Positions 40,101 through 48,357 of a stretch of 64,000 nucleotides of DNA are shown here, in pieces. The stretch's first letter is position 1, and every line of letters begins with the position of its first letter. A program made the position numbers and the translations under genes. Source of the DNA: Terriglobia bacterium (GTDB lineage Bacteria > Acidobacteriota > Terriglobia > Bryobacterales > Bryobacteraceae); NCBI GenBank assembly GCA_025358575.1, contig JANYJA010000136.1, positions 3,173 through 67,172 on the forward strand, written 5' to 3'. The notes beneath the pieces were generated by a model that saw only the letters and a program-made list of their open reading frames with translations, was not told the DNA's origin and made no database searches.

Positions 40101-40903
40101 TCCTCGTCGGCGAAGTGATGGATGGCCATGCGGCGAAATACACGGCGCTGAATGGTGCTGGAGCGGTACTGCGAGAAATCGACGCTGGTCTTTTCGTGCA
40201 GGAAAGCGAGGATAGCCTGCAACGGAACGCGATCATGAGAAACTTCGGCGCTCCGGGCCAAGTTGTCGACCCGTTTGGCGTAAGGATATTTCGCTATCTT
40301 AATTAGGCGCTGGGCAATCCCTTCTGGCGGTAAAACGAAATCCACGAAGCCGCTGGCGAAGGCACTATGCGGCATCCCGTCGAATTTAGCCGATTGGGTA
40401 TCTTGGGCGAAGGTAAAACCTCCTTCAGCCCGGATCGCTTCGAGTCCGAGGGCACCATCGGAACCGGTGCCGGACAGCACCACCCCAATTGCCCGATGCT
40501 GACAATTCTCAGCCAGGGAATGGAAAAAACCATCGATCGGCATGAATGTGCCGGAGATCGTCTTTTCTCGCGGGATCAGCCGCAGCGTACTCTCGGAGAA
40601 AACAATTTCCCAGCCGGGTGGCATGACGTAGACCTGATTCGGCTCCACGGCCATCGCGTCTTGCACCGGCTTGACAGGAATCTTGGTAACTCGAGACAAC
40701 AAAGTGGGAAGCAGGCTTTCGTGTTTCGGGTCCAGATGTTGGATCACTACAAATGCGAGGCCCGTGTCCACTGGGAGTGCCTTGAGAAGAGCCGAGCACG
40801 CTTCCAGTCCGCCCGCGGACGCTCCAATGCCAACTATGGAGAATTCTATCGGGCAGTATATGGCTTCGGTTGTCGGGGTTGCCGCCGCGTCGGTCTGAGA
40901 CAC
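37142..40903 (-). CDS. CheB-methylesterase/CheR-methyltransferase fusion linked to coiled-coil, PAS, HisKA-HATPase and receiver (hybrid sensor histidine kinase)
   Basis: 1253 aa. GIGASAGGLEA...VVIQHLDPKHES (CheB), FFRDPEVFEAL...GCASGEEVYAI (CheR), the heptad stretch NEELETAKEELQSANEELSTVNEELQ, the H-box GGVAHDFNNMLTGI, the G-boxes GTGLGL, and a receiver VLVVEDDD...LLLTDVVMPG. Confidence 0.9.
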   Translation of the reverse strand: MSQTDAAATPTTEAIYCPIEFSIVGIGASAGGLEACSALLKALPVDTGLAFVVIQHLDPKHESLLPTLLSRVTKIPVKPVQDAMAVEPNQVYVMPPGWEIVFSESTLRLIPREKTISGTFMPIDGFFHSLAENCQHRAIGVVLSGTGSDGALGLEAIRAEGGFTFAQDTQSAKFDGMPHSAFASGFVDFVLPPEGIAQRLIKIAKYPYAKRVDNLARSAEVSHDRVPLQAILAFLHEKTSVDFSQYRSSTIQRRVFRRMAIHHFADEERYRRFLTETPGEVELLCEEMIPRVTRFFRDPEVFEALRKHVLPQFLTNKTGGGPVRIWVPGCASGEEVYAIAICLLEFLKENSANFQIQIFGTDLSALAIQTARKGLYPDKITEDVSPERLQNFFVKRDDGYQISARIREVCVFAGHDLISDPPYSKLDLISCRNVLIYLDSIQTRIIPMFHYALKPTGFLLLGLMESARRFADLFTPVDKNSQIYSKKAANGRLVRSWGAVRAAVPVKARVANDLWGDADVQKRADHAVLAKYAPGGVVVNENWQVLQVRGQISPYLRPASGKMSVNVLTMAKRSGLALDLAAALEQAKSEDKPVRRENIVIPHEHAIVNLQVIPLGLREDESRLFLILFEEVRHAELAARDAAETGETVPKGELLKLQKELAATRERLVTLLDSHQQYSDDSQSAQEESLSNLEEVQSFNEELETAKEELQSANEELSTVNEELQTRNSDLQQARDFTMSVVETVQIPLVALDNGLCVRMANRAFYETFHCTREQTETHGIFDLAGGAWDIPDLRALLEKVLPENHGFDGFELENNFPLAGRKILRVSARRLNRGEMILMSIEDITERRHASIELRRVQDELRQGQKMEAIGRLAGGVAHDFNNMLTGILGFSEMLIGSLAEGTDAYDHAEEIKKAGERAAALTQQLLAFSRRQVLHPQMLSLNTVILELDQMLRRLIGDDIALNKSLSEELWQMRGDPGQISQVILNLALNARDAMPQGGVLSIRTTNTRVEETGEQLRGLAAGSYVSLTVADSGKGMDAETKQHIFEPFFTTKPHGAGTGLGLATVSGIVKQSGGNIHFASEIDRGTTFWVDFPRVEMRLEDQAPSGRADMPTGTETVLVVEDDDVVRGLAVLVLKRQGYTVLEASQATEALALCHSHPAQFDLLLTDVVMPGGLNGRELAEQAIKVRPEMRVVLMSGYTADALVLYGVEKGAPFLQKPFTLLQLARKVRDVLDSGSLQKVRSHGQMITLR

Positions 40904-40971
40904 GTTGCCTACTTCCTTTTCGTATAGTTGTCAGATTAAGATATCACAAGAGGGGATACCCCCCGAAGTTA

Positions 40972-41388
40972 TTATTGTGCTGATTCTACTATCCTGAACA
41001 TTCGGCGGTATTTCTCTGGAAGCCGCACTGGCCGCAAATCCCGCCCAAGGAATAAATGTTTCGTTTCGCCGCGGGCAATTTTGCGCCCTTCGCCAGAGAT
41101 TTCCATGTCGTAACCGAAGCGGACCATTCTCGTATTCGCCTCAAGCAGCGAGATCCGGATGGTGATCTCATCATCGAATCGCGATGGGCTGAGGTAGCGG
41201 CAGTTGGCTTCAACAACCGCGAGAAGCACGCCGTCGAGCGATTCCATATCTTTATACACAAATCCGATGGACCGGCAATAATCGACGCGCGCCACCTCCA
41301 TCCAGATTAGGTAATTGGCATGGTACACAATGCCCATTTGGTCGGTCTCGGCGTAGCGCACGCGCACTTTCGTCGGGGCTGTGATCAC
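40972..41388 (-). CDS. 4HBT/YbgC-type acyl-CoA thioesterase
   Basis: VRVRYAETDQMGIVYHANYLIWMEVARVDYCRSIG is the hotdog-fold YbgC motif. GTG 41388 is preferred, because longer starts (41481/41514) would overlap the divergent moaD start. Confidence 0.78.
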   Translation of the reverse strand: MITAPTKVRVRYAETDQMGIVYHANYLIWMEVARVDYCRSIGFVYKDMESLDGVLLAVVEANCRYLSPSRFDDEITIRISLLEANTRMVRFGYDMEISGEGRKIARGETKHLFLGRDLRPVRLPEKYRRMFRIVESAQ

Positions 41389-41452
41389 GCGACAGATTAT
41401 ACCGTTGAAACCGCTTCTGGCCGCCGACCGTCTGCTAAACTTGCGTGAGACG

Positions 41453-42172
41453 ATGCGGGTTAAAGTCTTGTTTTTCGGCATGTTAAAGGATTTCACCGGC
41501 AGCTCGCAAGTCACCCTGGAACTTCCCGCTAACGCTTCGGTCGGGACCGTTTTCGAGCATTATGCAGTTCAATTTCCGAAGCTTCGCGAGATGGCGGGAA
41601 GCATTGTGATGGCGCATAACCAGGAGTTTTCCACCCTCGGTTCCAGTCTCGCGGACGGCGATGAAGTCGCCTTCCTGCCTCCTGTTAGCGGTGGGAGCGG
41701 CTCATACATTTTGGAAATTCATCGGCCCGAAGGGCATTTCTTTGCGCTCACGCGTCAGCCCATCGAGACGCGCTCTTTGGTCGCCCAGTTGCAGCGCGGC
41801 GAGGATGGCGCGGTCATCGCGTTTGAGGGCGTGGTTCGCAACAATACGCGCGGCCGCGAGACCCTTTTTTTAGATTACGAAGGCTATGAGTCCATGGCCG
41901 TCAGGACGATGGCGGGGATCGGCAACGAACTTGCGAAATCCTGCGCAATTGGGCGGATTGCGCTAGTGCACCGGTTGGGGAGAATGCAGATCGGCGAGGC
42001 CAGCGTGGTGGTGATTGTAACTGCGCCGCATCGCAAACCGGCCTTCGAAGTCGCTCTTGAAGGGATCAACCGACTGAAGCGCTTGGTTCCCATTTGGAAG
42101 AAAGAATATTTCGCCGACGGCGAGGTTTGGGTCGATGGGGAATGGGATCGGGATGCGCCGCGCGCCGTGTAG
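41453..42172 (+). CDS. MoaD-MoaE fusion (molybdopterin synthase sulfur carrier plus catalytic subunit, MoaX-like)
   Basis: MRVKVLFFGMLKDF...AFLPPVSGG (MoaD ending in GG) is followed in-frame by a MoaE domain (AFEGVVRN...LDYEGYESMA...VVVIVTAPHRKPAFE...IWKKE). Confidence 0.85.
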   Translation: MRVKVLFFGMLKDFTGSSQVTLELPANASVGTVFEHYAVQFPKLREMAGSIVMAHNQEFSTLGSSLADGDEVAFLPPVSGGSGSYILEIHRPEGHFFALTRQPIETRSLVAQLQRGEDGAVIAFEGVVRNNTRGRETLFLDYEGYESMAVRTMAGIGNELAKSCAIGRIALVHRLGRMQIGEASVVVIVTAPHRKPAFEVALEGINRLKRLVPIWKKEYFADGEVWVDGEWDRDAPRAV

Positions 42173-43193
42173 CTGGGTGTTTGCCGTCTTTTCGCTGATG
42201 GCCTACGGTGCACCCGTGACGGCGCAGGAAGATCCAATTTTGCGCGTCGACGTCCGTCTAGTGCCATTGCTGGTGACGGTTAAAGACCCCTCGGGAGCGC
42301 TAGTCAGTTCCCTCAATAAAGCCGACTTCACGGTCCTCGACAACAAAACTCCTCAACAGATTTCAGTCTTCGAACGCCGCACGGAGCAGCCGCTCTCCGT
42401 GGCGCTTTTGGTGGATAACAGCGGGTCCACCGCGAAGGATCTGAAATTCGAGGTCGATTCAGTCGTGCGTTTTTTGCGCACGCTTTTTGACGAAGGAAAT
42501 CCTAACGATTCGGTGGCGCTCTACAGCTTCAATTATCAAGTAGTAAAGCAGAACCACTTCACGCGCAACGCGTCATCTCTGGATCATTCCCTGCGGATGC
42601 TTCACGGCACCGCCGGCACCTCGCTTTATGATGCGATTTATCTTGCCGCGGGTGAGTTGCAAGACCGCGAGGGACGCCACGTAATGATTATCGTCACCGA
42701 CGGCGGCGATACCACCAGCAGTAAGGACTTCCACGCGGCGCTTGAAGCGGCGCAGCTTTCCGATGCTGTCATCTATCCGCTGCTGGTGGTCCCAATCACG
42801 AACGACGCTGGCCGCAATGTGGGCGGCGAGAACGCGCTCACCACCATTTCGAAATTCACCGGCGGCCGCGTGTTTCTGCCAACGCTCGGAAGCGCTCTCG
42901 ATGCAGCCTTCGCCGACATTCTGCGCGAGCTCCGAACGCAGTACTTGCTAGCTTATTATCCCAAAGACGTGCCGCTAACGAAGAACCGTTTTCATAGCAT
43001 TGAAATCCGCGTTAAGTCCCCCGAATTGCGCATTCTCGCGCGCAATGGATATTATGGTGAGGCTGAACAGGATTACGGAGCGGATGGCAGCCGGATCACC
43101 GTCCGGCCGCGTGAAAATGCGCCCAAACCTGTCCCACCGAAGATGGAACCGCGCAAGCGGAATGCAGCTAACAGCAATCTTCAGGAGCCATAG
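42153..43193 (+). CDS. VWFA-related acidobacterial domain protein (TIGR03436-like von Willebrand A protein)
   Basis: Signal peptide, then VDVRLVPLLVTVKDPSGALVSSLNKADFTVLDNKTPQQISVFE and the VWA MIDAS-like LLVDNSGST. Confidence 0.8.
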   Translation: MRRAPCSWVFAVFSLMAYGAPVTAQEDPILRVDVRLVPLLVTVKDPSGALVSSLNKADFTVLDNKTPQQISVFERRTEQPLSVALLVDNSGSTAKDLKFEVDSVVRFLRTLFDEGNPNDSVALYSFNYQVVKQNHFTRNASSLDHSLRMLHGTAGTSLYDAIYLAAGELQDREGRHVMIIVTDGGDTTSSKDFHAALEAAQLSDAVIYPLLVVPITNDAGRNVGGENALTTISKFTGGRVFLPTLGSALDAAFADILRELRTQYLLAYYPKDVPLTKNRFHSIEIRVKSPELRILARNGYYGEAEQDYGADGSRITVRPRENAPKPVPPKMEPRKRNAANSNLQEP

Positions 43194-43429
43194 TGGCACA
43201 TAGCGGAAAATCCGGCACCAAGGCACCCGAGCAGACATTCGAGGAAGTTAAATACCTCAAGCGGCTGATTGAGAAGCAGACACCGGTGAGCATCAAACTG
43301 GGCGATAACGAAACGGTGCGCGGCATTGTGGAATACTACGATGCGCGATTCATCCGGATTACGCGCGCGGGCGAGCCCAATCTTTTCGTTTTCAAACACG
43401 ATATTAAGTACTTGATCGAAGAGTCCTAA
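43193..43429 (+). CDS. Hfq-like Sm-fold protein (divergent, cyanobacterial-type)
   Basis: 78 aa. GTG start 1 nt into the upstream TAG, with AGGAG 5-9 nt upstream. LIEKQTPVSIKLGDNETVRGIVEYYD (Sm1-like) and FVFKHDIKYL (Sm2-like, compare Hfq YKHAIST). Confidence 0.6.
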   Translation: MAHSGKSGTKAPEQTFEEVKYLKRLIEKQTPVSIKLGDNETVRGIVEYYDARFIRITRAGEPNLFVFKHDIKYLIEES

Positions 43430-43437
43430 CTCGCCCC

Positions 43438-44253
43438 ATGTCAAGCTATTTGGAAACGGCTATCGACATTGCGCGAGAGGCTGGGGCGCTGTTAGCCGAC
43501 TACGCCGAACGTCACATTGGCTTCGAGTTAAAAGGCGATTTCGACTTGGTGACGGCTGCCGACCGCGCCTCGGAAAAGTTGGTGGTCGAGAGACTGACGA
43601 AGCACTTTCCCTCGCATGGAATCGTTGCTGAAGAGGGCGGCGGGCATGAGAGCCCCTCGGAGTTTCGCTGGTATGTCGACCCGCTCGATGGCACCACGAA
43701 TTTCGCCCACGGAAACCCCGTTTTCAATGTAACCCTCGCGCTGGAGCAGGCTGGCGAGATGATCGCTGGAGTGATTTTCGATCCCTCGAAGCAGGAACTT
43801 TTTACCGCCGAGCGCGGCGGCGGAGCGCATTTAAACGGAAAGCCCATTCACGTGTCGAAAGTGGCGCGATTACAGGACTCCCTGGTGTCTACCGGATTTC
43901 CAAGTCGGCGGCGTCACCTGAATGTAAACATTCATTTCTATTACCAAATGGCCATGGCGACGCATGGTGTGCGGCGATGTGGAGCGGCGGCAATCGACTT
44001 GGCGTGGGTAGCTTGCGGCCGTTTGGATGCCTTCTGGGAATTCGGCTTGCAGCCCTGGGATTTGGCGGCGGGGCGATTACTGCTTGCCGAAGCCGGCGGA
44101 AGTTACTGCGACATGCACGGCAAGCCGCATCAAGTCCGGAGCGAAAGTTTGCTGGTGGATAACGGTCTTATCCACGCCGAGACGCTGGAGTTATTTGGAG
44201 AGATTTTCCGCGGCGAGTACCGTCATCCGATGCCAATCATGAGCGCACTATGA
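43438..44253 (+). CDS. suhB: inositol monophosphatase family protein (SuhB/HisN-like)
   Basis: 271 aa. AEEGG, WYVDPLDGTTNF and WDLAAG motifs. Confidence 0.9.
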   Translation: MSSYLETAIDIAREAGALLADYAERHIGFELKGDFDLVTAADRASEKLVVERLTKHFPSHGIVAEEGGGHESPSEFRWYVDPLDGTTNFAHGNPVFNVTLALEQAGEMIAGVIFDPSKQELFTAERGGGAHLNGKPIHVSKVARLQDSLVSTGFPSRRRHLNVNIHFYYQMAMATHGVRRCGAAAIDLAWVACGRLDAFWEFGLQPWDLAAGRLLLAEAGGSYCDMHGKPHQVRSESLLVDNGLIHAETLELFGEIFRGEYRHPMPIMSAL

Positions 44254-45101
44254 GATTGCACACTTTGCTATTTTCGTTAGCCGTAAGCGCTGGAGCAAAG
44301 ACGGGCATTGCGCTGTATCCGATCCGTGACCATGGCAAAGTTGTTGTGAAGGCCGGGGCTATCGTTGAATACACGGAAGATCGCAATCGGGGATCGATTG
44401 TTTCCTTTCTGGGTAAGGAAATCCATGCCTATGGCAGCATCATTCCACTCGATCCAGATTTTGCTCCCTCCCGAATCTACATCGCACTCCAGCAGACGCC
44501 CCAGTCCACCAAAGACATTGCAACTCTCGAGGGGCTGGTGGACCTTGCCGATGCCGCGCTAAAAGCATTCCCCCGTTCGCCGACTCTCGAACATATTGAG
44601 GCGCTGGATGCGCTCTTGACTTATCAACTGAATAGCTTGCGAACGGATGGCAAAACGACATCCGCCGACGCCTTGGCGAAAGCGCACCGCTACATGATTC
44701 ACTATCCACAGGGAAAATACCGCGATGAACTCGAATGGAAGACCGTCCTGTGGACTAACGAGGTCTACGAGATCGAAGGTGAGGCTGCTATCCCGCTGCG
44801 GCAAGCCCGCGCCTACGAAAAGTTTTATGCCCTTCACCCCGCCTCGACTTACTCGGAAGAAATTCAAGAGCATCTGGCGGACAGTTATCGGCTTGGCGGC
44901 GATCTGCTGGATTATGGCCCCGACGCGAAAAAGCATGGCCCCGGTGAGCCGTACCGCGCAAAGGCCAAAGGTATTTACGAGTCGCTCTTAAAATCGGGGG
45001 ATCCTGTGCGGGCGGCTAAGGCGCTAGTCGCGCTTTACAATATCCAGCGCGGCCATGTCCCCGGATTTATGACGCCGACGTCGCCTCCCATGGACTGGTA
45101 A
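44250..45101 (+). CDS. secreted protein of unknown function
   Basis: 283 aa. ATGA overlap with suhB. Signal-like MRLHTLLFSLAVSAGA. No motif recognised. Confidence 0.5.
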   Translation: MRLHTLLFSLAVSAGAKTGIALYPIRDHGKVVVKAGAIVEYTEDRNRGSIVSFLGKEIHAYGSIIPLDPDFAPSRIYIALQQTPQSTKDIATLEGLVDLADAALKAFPRSPTLEHIEALDALLTYQLNSLRTDGKTTSADALAKAHRYMIHYPQGKYRDELEWKTVLWTNEVYEIEGEAAIPLRQARAYEKFYALHPASTYSEEIQEHLADSYRLGGDLLDYGPDAKKHGPGEPYRAKAKGIYESLLKSGDPVRAAKALVALYNIQRGHVPGFMTPTSPPMDW

Positions 45102-45212
45102 GAAGGGCAGCAACGTTTTTAAGGCGTGCCCCAGAAAGGCGTCGAATTGTTCGGCTAGCGTGCAACCCGTGGGTTAACGGTGGCCCTGGATTTGTAATAC
45201 CGACAGCGCCTC

Positions 45213-45834
45213 CTATTGACTGGTGACGGGTCTCAGTCGAACAGTCATCGTGAATTCTTCGCGCGGTCGTAAACTAATTTCTTTCTCATACCAAACTGGC
45301 TCGTAACCGTCGGCGGAGACATTCACCATAATCGGATTCGGCGACACCAGGAACGAATTCCCAATGCTCTCAAAGTAACGGGTGCTATCGCCCTTTCGCT
45401 CCATTCGCGACGTGAAAACTTCCGATCGCCAATGCCGACACCGCATCCACCACGTGAACCGTCAGACGGGCAACCGGTGTCAGTTTGGGGTGAACATCAT
45501 TCAGAAAGCCGCCCTCGGGTACAACGGCGTTGGCGGTCCCTTCACCGTCCCAAAAAGTACTCCACGCGCTTGGATAAAAAGAGCCGTACTTTTCAGTGGT
45601 CAACAGTGTGGGGCCTGCTAACAATCCGCGCAGCTCGGATTGCCCTTGGCCATCGGTTACAGTTCTTGGCAGCCTTCCAGCCATCGCAACACTGATCCCT
45701 GGAGCGGCATGACCAAGCTCGTCCAGTACCACTCCACTGACTCCCCCTCTATGTGGATCGGACACATCCTGAATGGCCGTGGTCCGCGGAATCGCAGGCA
45801 TCACCAACAGTATTATAAACGCTAGTTTGGGCAT
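45213..45834 (-). pseudogene. carboxypeptidase-regulatory-like (Ig-fold) secreted protein, frame-shifted at an A4/T4 run
   Basis: ATG 45834 (MPKLAFIILLVMPAIP signal) runs in one frame to 45385. The sequence continues sensibly in the 45213-45446 frame (...GSFHV | TSRMERKGDSTRYFES...NVSADGYEPVW...TVRLRP). The switch is at AAAA 45415-45418. Confidence 0.45.
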
Positions 45835-45854
45835 GGTCGATTGTACCTCTCGTC

Positions 45855-47237
45855 TCAAAATTGAAAGTAGACAAACGGTATCGATTCCGTAACACCAATA
45901 AGCTCCACGCAAAGAAGTAACACCACCGTGACTGTCGCATAGACCCAAGCCGGCGCCGTCACCACGCATTCGAACCAGCCAAATTTCTCCTCTACTAATG
46001 CAAGCACTAACATGATGCATGCGAGCCAGAAATGCCAGCGATACCACAGGCCAATTCCCGCCCGCCCGCTGAACATCTGATAAACCACGTGTACACTATC
46101 ACCCAGTGTGGCGGCGCGGAAGAACACCCAGCCGATACACACCAGGATGAAGGTCACGAGGACTCGCAGGGGATAGACAAAGATTGGCAATCGTACTCTG
46201 GGGCGAGCGGCCCGCTCCAGGCTGAGTAGAGCGCCATGATAGCCCCCCCAGATCACGAAATTCCAGCTCGCGCCATGCCAGAGACCGCCTAATAACATCG
46301 TCAGCATAAGGTTCCGGTAAGTCTTGAGGGTGCCGTGGCGATTTCCGCCCAGCGGTATGTATAAGTAATCGCGCAACCAACGCGAGAGTGAAATATGCCA
46401 TCGATGCCAAAACTCCGTGATGCTACCCGCCAGGTACGGCCGACGAAAATTCTCCGGAAAATGGAAACCCAGGAGCAGCGCCAAGCCGATGGCCATGTCC
46501 GTGTAGCCGGAAAAATCGAAGTAGATCTGCGCGGCGAAAGCCAGTACCCCGCTCCATGCCGCTAGTGCACCCGGGTGGCCTGCGAGATTGTTGAAATAGG
46601 AATCCGAGAGTTTCGCGAATTGATCGGCCAGAGCTACTTTCTTCGTTAGACCTAGAACGACTAATAGAAATCCCCTCAGCAGTTCTTCGTTGCCAGGCCG
46701 CCGCCAATGATAAAGATCGGCAAAAAACTCCCCGGCGCGAACAATCGGACCGGCGACTAGTTGCGGAAAGAAGGAAATGAATAAGGCATAGTCGATCGGA
46801 TTCGAGATAGCCGCCTGTTCGTCGCGGTAAACATCCACCACATACGACATACTCTGAAACGTGTGAAAACTGATGCCCATGGGGAGGATAATATCCAGCC
46901 CAAAAGAGTGAACCGGCATTCCGAGCAGCGTGGCTACGTTGCCAGCGAGGAAGTTGTAGTACTTAAAAAATCCCAGAAAACTTAGGTTTGCGGAGAGGCC
47001 GGCGATCAGCAGTAGTTTCCTCTTGGCGCCCGGCGGGACGCGCTTGATCCAAAGAGCCGCCGTATAGTCGATGATCGTTAGGGTCAGCAATAGAAGAACG
47101 AACTTTGCGTTCCAGGCCATGTAGAAGTAATAACTGGCTGCCAGAAGCATGACTTTCCTCCACGACCGGGGGGCGTTGTAGAAAAGAGTAAGAACGACCG
47201 CGAAGAAAAGGCAAAACCGCGTGGTGTTGAAGAGCAT
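45855..47237 (-). CDS. MBOAT-family membrane O-acyltransferase (AlgI/DltB-like)
   Basis: About 460 aa, multi-TM. Conserved MBOAT regions (GISFHTFQSMSYVVDVY, WHRWHISLSRWLRDYLYIPLGGNR with the catalytic His). ATG 47237 lies 1 nt after the upstream gene's stop. Confidence 0.9.
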   Translation of the reverse strand: MLFNTTRFCLFFAVVLTLFYNAPRSWRKVMLLAASYYFYMAWNAKFVLLLLTLTIIDYTAALWIKRVPPGAKRKLLLIAGLSANLSFLGFFKYYNFLAGNVATLLGMPVHSFGLDIILPMGISFHTFQSMSYVVDVYRDEQAAISNPIDYALFISFFPQLVAGPIVRAGEFFADLYHWRRPGNEELLRGFLLVVLGLTKKVALADQFAKLSDSYFNNLAGHPGALAAWSGVLAFAAQIYFDFSGYTDMAIGLALLLGFHFPENFRRPYLAGSITEFWHRWHISLSRWLRDYLYIPLGGNRHGTLKTYRNLMLTMLLGGLWHGASWNFVIWGGYHGALLSLERAARPRVRLPIFVYPLRVLVTFILVCIGWVFFRAATLGDSVHVVYQMFSGRAGIGLWYRWHFWLACIMLVLALVEEKFGWFECVVTAPAWVYATVTVVLLLCVELIGVTESIPFVYFQF

Positions 47238-47238
47238 C

Positions 47239-48357
47239 CTAACGGCCCAGAATCCTGGCAACCTCTGCTGCCAGCACCTCTGAGAATCGCGCGCTTCCGG
47301 GGCCATTCATGTGCAGGGAGTCAACGAACAGCTCAGGATGCTCTAGTTCGTCGAAGAGGTGCTCGTCTAGCAGCGCGACTTGCGGATGAGACGCAAATTC
47401 GTGGATCGAGCCGCTCTTCTTGACAACAGGATAGGGTCGGACCACGGGCCCTCTGGGCAACCGGAGAAAGATAAGACGCGTGTGCGAGCCACGGTAATGC
47501 TCGACGATCTTGCCGAACCACTTACGCCGGTACGCGGCGAGGTAGCCGACCTGCGGTGCCGTGCCCCTCAGGAGAACGTTATTAAGAACGCGCCTCTGCT
47601 CCTCCGTCGTATCTGGCGGATACGAAATCTTACGAGCTGCCCAGTCGACACTCATCCCTTTCAGGCTGTTGGTAGTCCAGACGAAGTTATAGAACGACTT
47701 AGCAGACTCCGTCCTGGTCCAATTCACTTCAAGCATGCGCCGCTCATGATTCACGAGAAGGTCCTGGAAGTCGCGCCGGTAAGACCATCCCTTCAACAGT
47801 CCCCCTCTAAACGCCTCCCAACGCGCGGCATTGGCGGGATAAGACATGCTGAATTCCCGCAAATCGCTCACTCGCAGTATGGGCAGCAAATAGTAGAGGT
47901 CAGACACCCGCCCGGCTATGTCCTCCCAGTCTTCGTCATCATAGTCGTCAACCGGCAAAATGATGGCGGAATAGCGGCGGGCCCGCGGGTCTATCTCTCG
48001 CAGCATGTAATACCAGCACCGCGGCGTTGTCCCGGGCGTGGCGATGGTGGCAAACGAGTATGCCATCGCGCTGTTGCCCTCATTCGCGATCCGCGGCCTG
48101 AACGCCATCCGAGAATCGCCAATGGCCAGAATATCTTTCTTGCCCGAACGCTGACGGTTCTCTTCATTCTGTAAGCGCCAGTAGAGTGTTCCAGCCGTCG
48201 AACCCGGCTCCGCGATGGAAGGATAAAAACTCGTGTGAAAAATAAGACCTTCCGCTATACAGAAGATAAGGGCCACCAAACCTAAACGGCCGAGCAGATG
48301 TGGCCGCCGGTTCTCACCAGAAAGGGGCTCAACGCTCGGACGAATTGCCGTGATCAT
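47239..48357 (-). CDS. SGNH/DltD-like partner protein of the MBOAT (putative O-acyl transfer/esterase component)
   Basis: 372 aa. N-terminal TM, ILAIGDSRMAF (GDS block I-like), and a C-terminal VDSLHMN (DxxH block V-like). Confidence 0.55.
   Translation of the reverse strand: MITAIRPSVEPLSGENRRPHLLGRLGLVALIFCIAEGLIFHTSFYPSIAEPGSTAGTLYWRLQNEENRQRSGKKDILAIGDSRMAFRPRIANEGNSAMAYSFATIATPGTTPRCWYYMLREIDPRARRYSAIILPVDDYDDEDWEDIAGRVSDLYYLLPILRVSDLREFSMSYPANAARWEAFRGGLLKGWSYRRDFQDLLVNHERRMLEVNWTRTESAKSFYNFVWTTNSLKGMSVDWAARKISYPPDTTEEQRRVLNNVLLRGTAPQVGYLAAYRRKWFGKIVEHYRGSHTRLIFLRLPRGPVVRPYPVVKKSGSIHEFASHPQVALLDEHLFDELEHPELFVDSLHMNGPGSARFSEVLAAEVARILGR

Noticed and set aside
41389-41514. Longer N-terminus for the thioesterase (starts at 41481 or 41514).
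   Set aside because: It would overlap the divergent moaD start (41453), and it adds an Arg/Ser-rich extension not found in YbgC-type proteins. GTG 41388 was chosen instead.
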